A DNA stretch of 64,000 nucleotides from Octopus bimaculoides (taxonomy: Eukaryota): the NCBI RefSeq assembly GCF_001194135.2, contig NC_068991.1, forward strand, positions 78,869,996 through 78,933,995. The letters run 5' to 3'. The notes beneath the pieces are model-generated. The model had not been told where the DNA came from. It ran no database searches and was given only the letters and a program-made list of their open reading frames with translations. Shown here one piece after another: positions 13,479 through 25,550 of the stretch. The position numbers were made by a program, and so were the translations under genes. How positions within the stretch are numbered: the first letter of the stretch is position 1; each line of letters begins with the position of its first letter.

Positions 13479-13636
13479 GAGAATATACAAATAATAACAA
13501 CAGACGAGGACAGGTGGTGTAAATAACAAAAGTATATATTAGTATGACGCTCGGGAATACGGAAAGTCTTTGACGTTTCGAGCTACGCTCTTCAACAGAA
13601 AGAATACGGAGACAAGGAGAAAAACACGGAGAAAAA
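13478..13636 (-). mobile_element. Penelope-like terminal repeat fragment inserted in (TA)n
   Basis: Flanked by (TA)n on both sides, contains a hammerhead-like core, and is homologous to 6165-6350. Confidence 0.6.
13567..13603 (-). ncRNA. Minimal type I hammerhead ribozyme-like motif (A6U variant, palindromic ACGU stem III)
   Basis: Minus strand reads UCUUU-CUGUUGA-A-GAGC(GUA)GCUC-GAAA-C-GUC^-AAAGA: 5-bp stem I, 4-bp stem II, GUC cleavage triplet. Confidence 0.55.
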
Positions 13637-14051
13637 TATATATATATATATATATATATTCTCTATTCTAAGGAGCCTTGATGCGCTTTTAGCAATCCTA
13701 TCGTCGTTAACAAATATATTAAAGTGAGGAATTGATATATAAACAACGGTTTCTATAACAGGTCGAAGTTAATCGATCACCTATGACCTAGAAAATGTCG
13801 TGAATATTGCAAAATATTTTCTTCTTTAAACTCTTCTTATTTTGTGCTGAAAAAAAAAATAACTAATCGATATTTTTAGTTTGATTATCCTAAGTCAGTT
13901 AAATATCTGGGATGACCCACTTTCGTTTCTTGTATCCAATTCACTCTTCTCAAATTTCGAATGGGAAGCACTGGATAATGAGTGCGCAGCTTAAGGCAAG
14001 CCAAATCTTCAATCTAGTTTCGATTCCTTCTTATTTCCTTTTCATCATGTC

Positions 14052-14165
14052 GAGGTGGCGAACTGGCTGAGTTGTTAGAGCGTCGGACAAAATAGCTCTC
14101 AGTATCTGTACGGATGTGAATTCAAATCCCGCCGATATCAAATGTGTTCTTAATCCTTTCGAAGT
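14052..14165 (+). mobile_element. SINE family A, degenerate 5' part
   Basis: Similar to the ggcggcgagctggcaga...ttcaaatccc head of 32179-32410. Confidence 0.6.
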
Positions 14166-14569
14166 TAACAATCCTGGGAGGCGAAATGGCAGAAGTGTGA
14201 GAACAAAGAACCGGATGCCTTAAGATATTTGTTCCAATCCCTTGAGTTCTGAGTTCCAATCTTATCGAATTCAAATTTGTCTTTCGGGGTCGATGAACGA
14301 AGTAAGGATCCGGAGCGGTGGACTGGCTGAACAATACCAAAGTCGGACTGGAAGTTTTGCGGTATTTATTCCAGCTTTTTGCACTCTGAGTTCAAATCCC
14401 ACTTTGGTTTATTTGTGTGGTAGACTTCACCTGCTGTCCGTTTTAGCACCCCTACTTGGTTCCTTGGGTGTCTTTAGCAGAAGCCACAGTTTCTGTCGGT
14501 TTCGGAGGCCCCGTAAATCGTAAAAGAAGTACAAAACCATTTCATAGATCCGCATGAGTGCTAGTGAAT

Positions 14570-14735
14570 AACCCTTTCTACTCAAGGCAGAAGATCTGAA
14601 ATTTTTGGGGGAGGGGACTAGTCGATTCCATCGACCCCAGTGTTTCACTAGTACTTAATTTATCGACCCCGAAAGGATAACAGGCAAAGTCGACCTCGGC
14701 GGAATTTGAACTCAGAACGTAGCGACAAAGAAATA
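14570..14735 (-). mobile_element. SINE family A, 5'-truncated
   Basis: Reverse complement of the core gttctgagttcaaattccgccgaggtcgactttgcc...cctttcggggtcgataaattaagtac. Confidence 0.85.
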
Positions 14736-14744
14736 AGAACCCAC

Positions 14745-15112
14745 AATATGGTAGAAGCCATAGCCATTCATAATAAAAAGGAATACTGGTAGAATGTACC
14801 AGTGAAGACCTCGATAAAATGTAAGCACAACAGACCTGATACAATGATTGGGATTGTGATGAGAAACTGTGCACAGTTGTGGAAATTAGCTGCCCAGCGG
14901 ATGTTAACATAAAATTGAAGATCAGTGAAAAAGAGAACACCTATGCTGAACTAATGAGAAATCTGCAGTTACTCTATTCAGAACACAAGTTCAGGTTTAT
15001 ACCTGTAATTATTGGGGTCCTGGAATATGGAACACACTACCTACATTAGGCTTCTCAAAACTAGGAAGAAGAGAGCTAATTCGAAACTACATATCCAATC
15101 CGTTACTGGAAC
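14745..15112 (+). mobile_element. RLE-type LINE endonuclease fragment
   Basis: EYW*NVPVKTSIKCKHNRPD..../DEKLCTVVEISCPADVNIKLKISEKENTYAELMRNLQLLYSEHKFRFIPVIIG; homologous to the 3' part of 190-1382. Confidence 0.85.
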
Positions 15113-15114
15113 TC

Positions 15115-15450
15115 GGTTTGCGTGGATAGATGGACTGAGGAAACCTTTGGTGGTTAGTGGTGCTGGTGTGAGAGAGTCAAGAGAGTTTATAAATGATAGG
15201 AAAGCTTGGAGAGTGTTTGTGGACAGATGAGTGAATTCTGATGTTGCTCAAAGGGGTACGGAACCAGCATGATGCGGTGGGGGTAAACCAGCATATGCAC
15301 TCGGGCCCCGCGGCTGATATTGGGGGTCGCGTTCTATGCCTTGATCTGAGCATAAAACAGGGCTCACCCCTTTCAGCTGGGAAATGAATGGAATGCTTGA
15401 TGTGTGTCTTGTGGCTACACACTCTTAAAAAAGAAATGGAGAATAGGCCT
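15115..15450 (+). mobile_element. RTE-clade LINE extreme 3' fragment
   Basis: WIDGLRKPLVVSGAGVRESREFINDRKAWRVFVDR* resembles RTE C-termini (RWxD...DRxxWR). Confidence 0.5.
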
Positions 15451-15611
15451 GGGTGTGTATATNNNNNNNNNNNNNNNNNNNNNNNNNNNNNNNNNNNNNN
15501 NNNNNNNNNNNNNNNNNNNNNNNNNNNNNNNNNNNNNNNNNNNNNNNNNNNNNNNNNNNNNNNNNNNNNNNNNNNNNNNNNNNNNNNNNNNNNTATAATT
15601 ACTACCTGCTT

Positions 15612-15818
15612 CAGTTCTATATTTAAGAGATGAGGAATTATGTATATTATTTACATTATTTACATTTGACGGATATTTGTCCTCATCTTGTTTGTTGTTA
15701 ACATAGCGTTTCGGCTGGAGGGTATATCAGCCGAAATGTTGTGTTAACAACAAACAAGATGAGGACAAATATCCGTCAAATGTAAATAATGTCAATAATG
15801 TAAATAATGTAAATAATG
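15612..15818. mobile_element. Fold-back (palindromic) Penelope-like terminus with a 12-bp direct flanking repeat
   Basis: Arms 15653-15717 and 15728-15792 are near-perfect inverted repeats; tactacctgctt occurs at 15600-15611 and 15819-15830. Confidence 0.65.
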
Positions 15819-15936
15819 TACTACCTGCTTTTATAGTAAGTTGATGCAGGTAGTTTATTCCGCGCCCCTCCTGTTCATGCAATTGTTAGTTCAAGCAATT
15901 GAAAAAAAAACGCATTATTTATGAGATGACACAATT

Positions 15937-15975
<39 letters not shown>

Positions 15976-16064
15976 ACACACATTTAGATATATAAATGCA
16001 TACATGCATACACAAAGTCACACACACTCACACACGCACCCACATACACTTATGCATACATATA

Positions 16065-16101
<37 letters not shown>

Positions 16102-16268
16102 TTAACAAATCAATTCACACATGGGAAAATGTAAACAAAGTAATGTTACTCAAATTAATAGAATGCCTGCAGTGAACTCTGAGTATTCCCAATTATATTA
16201 CATAAAGAGAAAAAAAATCACCACTAAATAAGCAGATGTCTGTCTGTCTGTATATACATATACACGTA

Positions 16269-16353
<85 letters not shown>

Positions 16354-16654
16354 GTCTATCTATCTATCTATTGACTGATCGATGCAACATTTGGATGTAC
16401 ACAAATTTATTTTGATGTGGAATTTTTCATATTTTTCATTGCTTGTCTTTTTTTATTCCATATATGATTCATTGAATGATTCATCGAATGAAGTTAGCGA
16501 CATCAACAAATTTTATCATAACTTCAAGTGATTGTTACTTGTGAATGTCTGTACATCTGTCATTGCATTTTAGCGAGAATTTACATGGTAGTAACTAGCT
16601 GATGCACACGCATACATATGTACATACATACGTACATACATACACACACATATG

Positions 16655-16697
<43 letters not shown>

Positions 16698-17476
16698 NNN
16701 NNNNNNNNNNNNNNNNNNNNNNNNNNNNNNNNNNNNNNNNNNNNNNNNNNNNNNNNNNNNNNNNNNNNNNNNNNNNNNNNNNNNNNNNNNNNNNNNNNNN
16801 NNNNNNNNNNNNNNNNNNNNNNNNNNNNNNNNNNNNNNNNNNNNNNNNNNNNNNNNNNNNNNNNNNNNNNNNNNNNNNNNNNNNNNNNNNNNNNNNNNNN
16901 NNNNNNNNNNNNNNNNNNNNNNNNNNNNNNNNNNNNNNNNNNNNNNNNNNNNNNNNNNNNNNNNNNNNNNNNNNNNNNNNNNNNNNNNNNNNNNNNNNNN
17001 NNNNNNNNNNNNNNNNNNNNNNNNNNNNNNNNNNNNNNNNNNNNNNNNNNNNNNNNNNNNNNNNNNNNNNNNNNNNNNNNNNNNNNNNNNNNNNNNNNNN
17101 NNNNNNNNNNNNNNNNNNNNNNNNNNNNNNNNNNNNNNNNNNNNNNNNNNNNNNNNNNNNNNNNNNNNNNNNNNNNNNNNNNNNNNNNNNNNNNNNNNNN
17201 NNNNNNNNNNNNNNNNNNNNNNNNNNNNNNNNNNNNNNNNNNNNNNNNNNNNNNNNNNNNNNNNNNNNNNNNNNNNNNNNNNNNNNNNNNNNNNNNNNNN
17301 NNNNNNNNNNNNNNNNNNNNNNNNNNNNNNNNNNNNNNNNNNNNNNNNNNNNNNNNNNNNNNNNNNNNNNNNNNNNNNNNNNNNNNNNNNNNNNNNNNNN
17401 NNNNNNNNNNNNNNNNNNNNNNNNNNNNNNNNNNNNNNNNNNNNNNNNNNNNNNNNNNNNNNNNNNNNNTATATGC

Positions 17477-17507
<31 letters not shown>

Positions 17508-18299
17508 CATGTTTAAGCGACACACATACTCAAGAATCTCCAGAATATATCGATAGATTTCAGACAACACGGTATCACAGAGAGATCCAACTATATTGTG
17601 TGTATTAAAAAAAAATACTCGGGTAAACATAGAAACACCTCCCAAATGCATACTGGGAAGTTTGTAATCAATAGACGTAGTCTGTAGTAAAATACAGCGA
17701 GGAATCAAGTTATACATTAAATAATTAGCTGACAAGAATTCACTATATATGCAAATAAATCTATTGCATTTATTTAAATTCTTAAGGATGAAGTGTTTAT
17801 AAGTAATGTAGAATTTAAAGAAGGAACTCGGTCGCAGATCTAAACGGAATTAAAACCACACAGGCTATCCATTTCCTTTCTCTGAATCAATCAGCCAATC
17901 TATCTATCTGACAAGGTGCTTACATATGTCTATTACATACAATGGTAGTTAACAGTTCCATGTATAATATATTATGCACATAGACTTAGAGATACATACA
18001 GAAACACAAAAATGCACACACATAAAGGCACCTATTCGTGTGGAGTGTGGTATTGGACTTATATTCGTAACGTTTAGGTTCGATTCACAGAACGGGATGT
18101 GCTTTTGTTTTTAGGCAGAGTCCTTTATTTCAAGTTTTACTGCATCTACTCAGTTCATAAATGAGTTGAATTTCAGTGCTGCTGTCAATCCTTGCTGCCT
18201 CTGTCTCTGCATGGGTTACATCCCAGACGGTCGGCAGGATGAAGGGTGGCAGCCGGTCGGAATAATCTTTTAACAAAAACATCTTTAAATGATTATTCC

Positions 18300-18457
18300 G
18301 ACCGGCTGCCGAGCAAATGGGAAGCACTAATTGAAGCAGATGGTGAATATACTCCGGAATAATCATTTAAAGATATTTTTGTTAAATGTTGTTATTGTTT
18401 TGGTTCAATAAAATTTATTGACAAAAAGCCGCAATAATTATGCACTAACCTAATATA
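18300..18457 (+). mobile_element. Mariner 3' end remnant with TIR
   Basis: RLPSKWEALIEADGEYTPE* matches mariner transposase C-termini; ends in ...ttatgcactaacctaata followed by TA. Confidence 0.7.
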
Positions 18458-18869
18458 TACTCTTTTATACTCTTTTACTCTTTTACTTGTTTCAGGCATT
18501 TGACTGCGGCCATGCTGGAGCACCGCCTTTAGTCGAGGAAATCGACCCCAGGACTTATTCTTTGTAAGCCTAGTACTTATTCTATCGGTCTCTTTTTGCC
18601 GAACCGCTAAGTTACGGGGACGTAAACACACCAGCATCGGTTGTCAAGTGATGGTGGGGGGACAAACACAGACACACAAACACACATATATATATATACA
18701 TATATACGACGGGCTTCTTTCAGTTTCCGTCTACCAAGTCCACTCACAAGGCTTTGGTCGGCCCGAGGCTACAGTAGAAGACACTTACCCAAAGTGCCAC
18801 GCAGTGGGACTGAACCCGGAACCATGTGGCTGGTAAGCAAGCTACTTACCACAGAGCCACTCCTGCGCC
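18458..18869 (-). mobile_element. SINE family C, near full length
   Basis: The reverse complement starts ggcgcaggagtggctctgtggtaagtagc (A box) ...gggttcagtccc (B box), has an internal (TA/CA)n, and ends in an (aagagta)n tail. Confidence 0.9.
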
Positions 18870-18964
<95 letters not shown>

Positions 18965-19668
18965 TTGTGTGTATAGTAATTAATAATAATCAGGAGAATG
19001 GAGATTTTTCCATATCTATAATTTCATTAAACAGTTATTTACAGCATTGTTTTGTGGACCTACTCGCGTTTCAACTGCATCGACTGCACACTCTTGGATG
19101 TGCATCTTGGGTTATTGTCGGTTATGTATATATAAGTATATATGTACAAATATTTAGGGACACACACACGCACACTCACAAACACACACACATACATACA
19201 CACACAGCAAACGAAAGTGGCACTCAACAGATTTGGTGGTAGGAGTTACATAAATTGTTTAATAACACCCTCACGACTTACATTCGTTCTAGGAGCGAGC
19301 TTTAAGTTGCATGGATCAGAGTCGAACTGTTATTAAATAATATTTGTCTATACACAGTTATGTTTATATGCTTGCATATGTGTATATATATACACAGGTA
19401 TACAAATACACACGGACACACATACACACACGCGCATACATACACACAAACACACACACGCGCACACACACACACACACACACACACGTATGTATATGCA
19501 TATATATTCGTGCGAGTCTGCGTCAACCAAAATCGAAAGAAAATTTGAAAGCATCTATAGAACAGAAAAACATATTCTCTTAATCTTCTACTCGACGGCT
19601 TTTAGAATACGAAACGTACATAACAAACCACTACCACCACCAATAGCAGCAGCAACAGCAGCAACAAC

Positions 19669-19701
<33 letters not shown>

Positions 19702-19854
19702 TGCAAGATGAGCAGTACCAATATAGGTTACAAGATGACTTCCTGTTCATTTTAAATTTTTAAATTTTAAATGAAATTACTTGGCAAAACTATATCCATC
19801 CATGCATACATACGTACGTACGTACGTACGTACACATACACACACACAGACACA

Positions 19855-19897
<43 letters not shown>

Positions 19898-20270
19898 CAG
19901 TTAAAATTTGGCACACGCCACAGATATTCGCAGAGTGATGCCAAAATGAATTTGTTATATTTCATTGTTAAAACTGGGATAACATCTTTTGGAAAGATTC
20001 CAACACGAAGATAGTTTTGAATGAAAAAAATAATGTAAATACCAAAGAAAAGAAAATAAAACAAGGAAGAGAAAAATCACCGTTTTTGTCATATTTTCCG
20101 ACAAGAAATTATAAATTGACATGATTTATTTTGTCTTGGTTGTTTCTAAGAATTTTTGTAGTTTCGAGTACTGTTGAAGACAATAATATGTAATGGTCAA
20201 TGCTAATTAAAAAACAATATTAATATTTATAGTTTTTTTCCAGCGTTCCTCCCCGCCCACCTAAATAATT

Positions 20271-20490
20271 GTTTCAAATTTTGACACAGAACCAGCAATT
20301 TCACGGGGGTGGGCAATCAGTTAACTACGTCCATTCCAGTGCTTAGCTGGAACCCATTTTATCGATCCTGAAAAGAATGAAAGTGAAAGCCACATTCAGC
20401 AGAATTTGAACTTTGAACGTAAATAGTCAGAAGAGAAACCGCTCCGTGTTTTGTACGACCTGCTGACAGTTTTACCAGATGGCCGCCCTT
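20271..20490 (-). mobile_element. SINE family A, degenerate full length
   Basis: Colinear similarity to 32179-32410 and 59715-59936. Confidence 0.7.
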
Positions 20491-21581
20491 TCCCTTAAAT
20501 ATGTATTGCTATAACTGCATCCCTTTGAGCAGTGTCACAGTGTCATAGAACGCGGAAAGAAATCTGTGAATGAAGTTAGTATCGGAGATCGACGTTGTAG
20601 TAAAAGACCCGGCATTTGTCTTCTTTTAAATAATGAGTTGTCTTCGGTTGCTGACAATATTTTGAGAGGGGAACTTGAGGCAACTAACTTCCAGCCATCT
20701 TTCTCATATATTTCAATATAATGGCCAACAACAACTCGAGTCATTCTTTGTTTTTTTCTTATTTCTTAAAAACCACGGAAAATCTCATTGAAAGACAGAC
20801 CAGTTATTAATCGGCTGGGCAATTCTACACCAATATCTGTTGACTTCGACTAATTCATCGTATTAGCTACCTCCTACGAGAAATAGGGACCAATTTGCCT
20901 TAAATGTGACCCTCTTATCTCCTATAAGGAATAAACACAGATATTCCATCTGTGTTCGTTAGGGTTGATTTGAGACTAAAATCCAGCAGAAACCGCATTC
21001 CTAACCTATTCTGATATCAATTTCTTGTTCTTCGTGCTTTTACCTTGTACAAGGTACTTACTATGTCTCAACTTGTCTCTAGTGTACAAGCTACACTCTA
21101 TGTCTACACTATATTTTGACTCAATTTTTTTGCAAAGGCTACGCCCTCTGTTTCAACTTCCTCTCAAGGGTTTGCAATGGTACATCTTGATTTTTTCCCT
21201 TCTACTTGACTCTCTTATTTGAATATTAACAAAAAAACTTTCGTTTACTCTTAGTCAAAGTCTCCCGAGGTTATTATTCAAAGTTCATCTGCTATTCTCC
21301 CAAACTCACAAAACTCTTCCAGCAACCCGCTAAGGATCTATATTGCAATTCACTCCTCGTTGACGTCCTCAGTCAATGTATACAATCTCTTTGACATCAT
21401 CATTTAATGCATACAATCTCTTTGACATCATCATTTAATGCCTACAATCCATCTCGTTTCTCTCGCTGAATGTGCTGGTATAGAAACTTAATACTTGGTT
21501 CTTATGGACAAATGTCTGCGTCAATTAATATTCGCCGCTTTCTCAAATCTTGACCACTTAATCTCCAAATAGATAAATAAA

Positions 21582-21706
21582 TATCAAGTTGAAGAAAAGT
21601 TCGTGCGCCGTGTTAAAATAATGCATTTTTATATATGTTTGTGGTGTGTGCGTTCAATCAGTTCATTATTTTAACACATTGCACGAACTTTTTCCTCAAC
21701 CTAGTA
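21582..21706. mobile_element. Mariner-type MITE (~125 bp, ~40-bp TIRs, TA flanks)
   Basis: gttgaagaaaagttcgtgcgccgtgttaaaataatg versus the reverse complement of cattattttaacacattgcacgaactttttcctcaac; TA at both ends. Confidence 0.7.
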
Positions 21707-22659
21707 ACTAAATAAAGAAACAAACACGTCTTAAGCGTTCTCATCTGTTGAGATCTAATATTAAAAGAAAAAAAAAACAATCATTTATGTTTCTTCGCTC
21801 TTCAAATCCTTTCATAAACCTTATACGTTTCCTCTTTTATACCGAAAACTAATTTATTAGACACTTGAACAGTTTATAATCATGACAATTCAACCGCCAT
21901 CTTTCTACCATGCAACAACTTTCACCGCCAAACTGTAAAATATTTCAAGACAGTCAATTGGTTGGAATTCCTCCTCTCTACGATGACTACTATTAGTAGT
22001 ATTACTCTTGAGGTACACCTTCGAATTTCCTATTCGCTATTTATTGTGCAGAACTAATGTAAAATTTTCTTTTGCACGAGGATAGGGTGAATAATCGGCA
22101 ATATCTTTTAACCAACCCCCAAAGACGTTAAATGGGTAAATGGATGATTGGTTGTTGATCTCCATGATGAGCAATCAGATGCTCTACTGAGTGAATCCCT
22201 AGTTTTGGGATTAACCTGTAAGCCTGATTATTCTATAGACATGAGTAAGCTTAACGTAATTCTCAGAGCATAATAACGTAATACAATGTGACAAAGCAGG
22301 ATCTTTGAAATACACATATAATTCAGAGAGAAAGAGTTGAAGAGAGATAGAGAGAGTGAGAGAGAGAAAGATAGACAGAATATGTGTGAGAGAAAGAGAG
22401 AGTGAGAGAGATAATGTGTGTTTGTGAGAGAGAGAAAGAGTGAGAGAGAGAATGTGTGTGTATGAGAAAGAGAGAGAGAGCGAGAGAGACAGACAGACAG
22501 AGCGAAGATCGACCACGATACCTGACTGGTACCTTATTTAGCGAACTCCAAACGGATCGAAGAGAAACATTTAAAGTGAGGCTGCAAAGTGTCAGAACAA
22601 GGACGGCAAGATATTCTGTCTGAGGTTCTCGAGCAAATCTAACATTGGTTGCTTTAACA

Positions 22660-23690
22660 ATGTTGAATATATAATCTTGGTATAAAGATATTGGAGAGGA
22701 GTTAATGCACGTTATATAACATATAATATTGGTGTGAAAATTTGAGTAGAAGAAACAGAACAATAAAGGAATTATATCCGGCAATCAGCAGACACATTTG
22801 TCCAATCCTAGGCAAAATTAAAATCATCAATTTCCTCATTATGATTTTATAGCAAAATCCATTCCTGGATTCAAATTACATTGACGCATCCGTCGCAAAT
22901 AGCTGCAACTTCTTTCTTTTTAAATCCTTCCAAAAAAATAAACACTCACAAAGCCCGGTCTGGGAATCGAAACCGCGATCCTATAACTGCAAGTCCGCTG
23001 CCCTAACCACTGGGCCATTGCACCTCCACAAATTGCTAATAAGAGAGGGGGTTCAGTACAATTTATTTAATGTTGGTTTGAAAATATGGGGTAAATTACA
23101 CAGATTATATAATACATAACCTTGGTATGAAAATATTAAAAAGGGTTCGATATAACATGTAAGTTTTGTGTAAAAATCTTAGAAAAGGATCTTTATAGAT
23201 TATTTAATATATAATCTTGGTGGGAGGATGTTAGAGAGGATTAATATAGATTATATAAAACATAATCGTGACATGGGGTTAATCAATAGAGATTATATAA
23301 TATATAATCTTGGTCTGAAGATTTTGGAGAGTGATCGATACAGAGCATACAATATACAATCTGGCTTTCGGGCCTTGTGCCTAGAGTAGAAACGAATATA
23401 CAATCTTGCTACGAAGCTATTAGAAAGAGATCAATAAAAAGTATACGATATAAGTGTGATAAGGGAGTAACCAATACTTATGTTAATAATATATAATCTT
23501 GGAAAGAAAACAGAGGGAGAGATCATTACAAATTGCATATATAATATTGGGATGACGATTAGGTAGGGTCTATACAGATTATAAAATATATAATTTTGAT
23601 TTAAAGATATTAGAGTGTGATCAATACATATTATATAATATATAATCTTGCTCTAAAAATATCAGAGTTGGATCAATACAGATTATGATT
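22660..23690 (+). repeat. Degenerate ~50-bp minisatellite (about 13 copies), interrupted by SINE fragments
   Basis: Core ataatcttgg and variants recur at ~22671, 22725, 23117, 23212, 23263, 23304, 23356, 23401, 23494, 23541, 23591 and 23642. Confidence 0.7.
22951..23030 (-). mobile_element. SINE family B tRNA-like head
   Basis: Reverse complement is ggaggtgcaatggcccagtggttagggcagcggacttgc...gtttcgattcccagaccggg. Confidence 0.85.
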
Positions 23691-24889
23691 AATAGATATT
23701 TTCAGCAAGTTTTTCGTTCGATTTACTAGAATACATCTGTTTTCTAAAACTTGATAGACATTGTTAATACGAAAAAACAAAATTAAAAACAACTGTTCCT
23801 TCGATATAATTACAATATTATAGAATATTGTGCGACAAGGAGTTGGGGAGCAAAAAACCGCAACAGGTGGGTTTCTGTAGCAGTCGTATGTTGTGCACGA
23901 AAATATCAATTTATAACCAAACTGAAGAACTTGGTTTCAATGCTTGAAATAAGGTGAGATCAACGGACGGCACCCAAGAACCAGGTGACGCTAAAACGAA
24001 TAATTTTAACTTTATTATTCAAGAACAGTTATAGCTGAAAGCAGCTTCCTTACAGTTTCCAGTCATCTAATTTTTCTCACAAGGCTTGGATCGACCAGTG
24101 GTGGTGGTAGAAGATACATGATCAAATGACTGCGAAACACGAACGAACTCAAAACCGAAAACCACATGGTTGGGGACCATTTCTCTTTACTATATGACTA
24201 TCCATGAACTTATTGCATTGAATCCTAAAATTGCAGAGGAAAATCTCAGAAGTAAACGAAAATTTCAACATAAATTGTAGAAGAGGATATAAAATCTTGT
24301 ATGACAAAATTCGATTTCAGCAGTAAATATAGAGTAAGTAACACAATGACGTTAAGAATTCTAAATTTGGCAAAGAGAACAACTCTATATATAATCTTTT
24401 ATATCTTTAAGCAAGTGGATATCTATCTCCCTAAGGAGCAGAGTTACTCATTTCATATATTGGCATCTACTCTTTCTTTTTTCTGTATCTGAGACTGTAT
24501 CATATGGCAAACCTCGCTCTACATTTCCATTTCTAACAGCATCACTGAATAATTATATTTTACTATACAGATGATAAATACGTTAAAGAAGAAGAAGAAG
24601 GAGAAAAAAAAAGAAAGAGAGAAAGAAAGAAAATCTCAGTGAAATCTGACCCTGTTATTCTAAAGAAGTTGACAAATGATGATAAATGACCTCTCTGATA
24701 TAAAACTCGGATGTTATTTTAGATTTTGCAGATGTTAACATTGACATGTCTACTAATCGATTAGAACACAATATTAAATAGAAGTTCCAGCTTCCAATGT
24801 AATTTGCGTGAACGGAGATGGAGTCTATTTTTCCCCCTTTATATCGAACCGTTAAACATATCAGAAACATAACTGAATGAATAAAGTAG

Positions 24890-24920
<31 letters not shown>

Positions 24921-25509
24921 AAGAAAAAAACAAATATTGCAGGTTGTACTAATGGTAATTTCTTTTATATAGAAGCAAAGTAAATACATAAAATACATAA
25001 AGTAGACAAAAAAAAATAAATAAAAAAACAATACATTTATGTACAAGAAGCGAAATATTTATCCGAAAGGAAAAAAAAGTAATATACTGTGAATATGCGT
25101 GGGTGCACTTGAATGAATTGACAGAACAAGTAGAGTGATATTCACATGTCTTTATTTATTCGCGTGCTGTTTTTGTTCTGGGTTCGAATATTGAAGTGGT
25201 CGGGATTGTGAGCCCGTGCATTCGGGGTAGCGTTAAAAGAGCAACAGTGAGAGCTTGGAGTTTTATTTATTCGGCTGCAATCTACCGAAGACTGTGCCTT
25301 AGTCTTTCTGTTACAAATGCATATATTATAGCCTTCCCACAGTTTCTACGACAGATTGGTTCGTGAGTCATCGTACAAAGCGAAATCGCATAAAGCGAGG
25401 GAGATACAGTTTTAATGATATTAAGTAAGACATATAAACAAAATTGAAGCAATTATCTGCAGAAATAGAAATAGTACATATACCGTATCTATCTATCTAT
25501 CTATCTATC

Positions 25510-25550
<41 letters not shown>

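Noticed and set aside
20535-21350. Possible decayed RTE-like LINE on the minus strand
   Set aside because: Only scattered 3-4 residue hints; not supportable without alignment.
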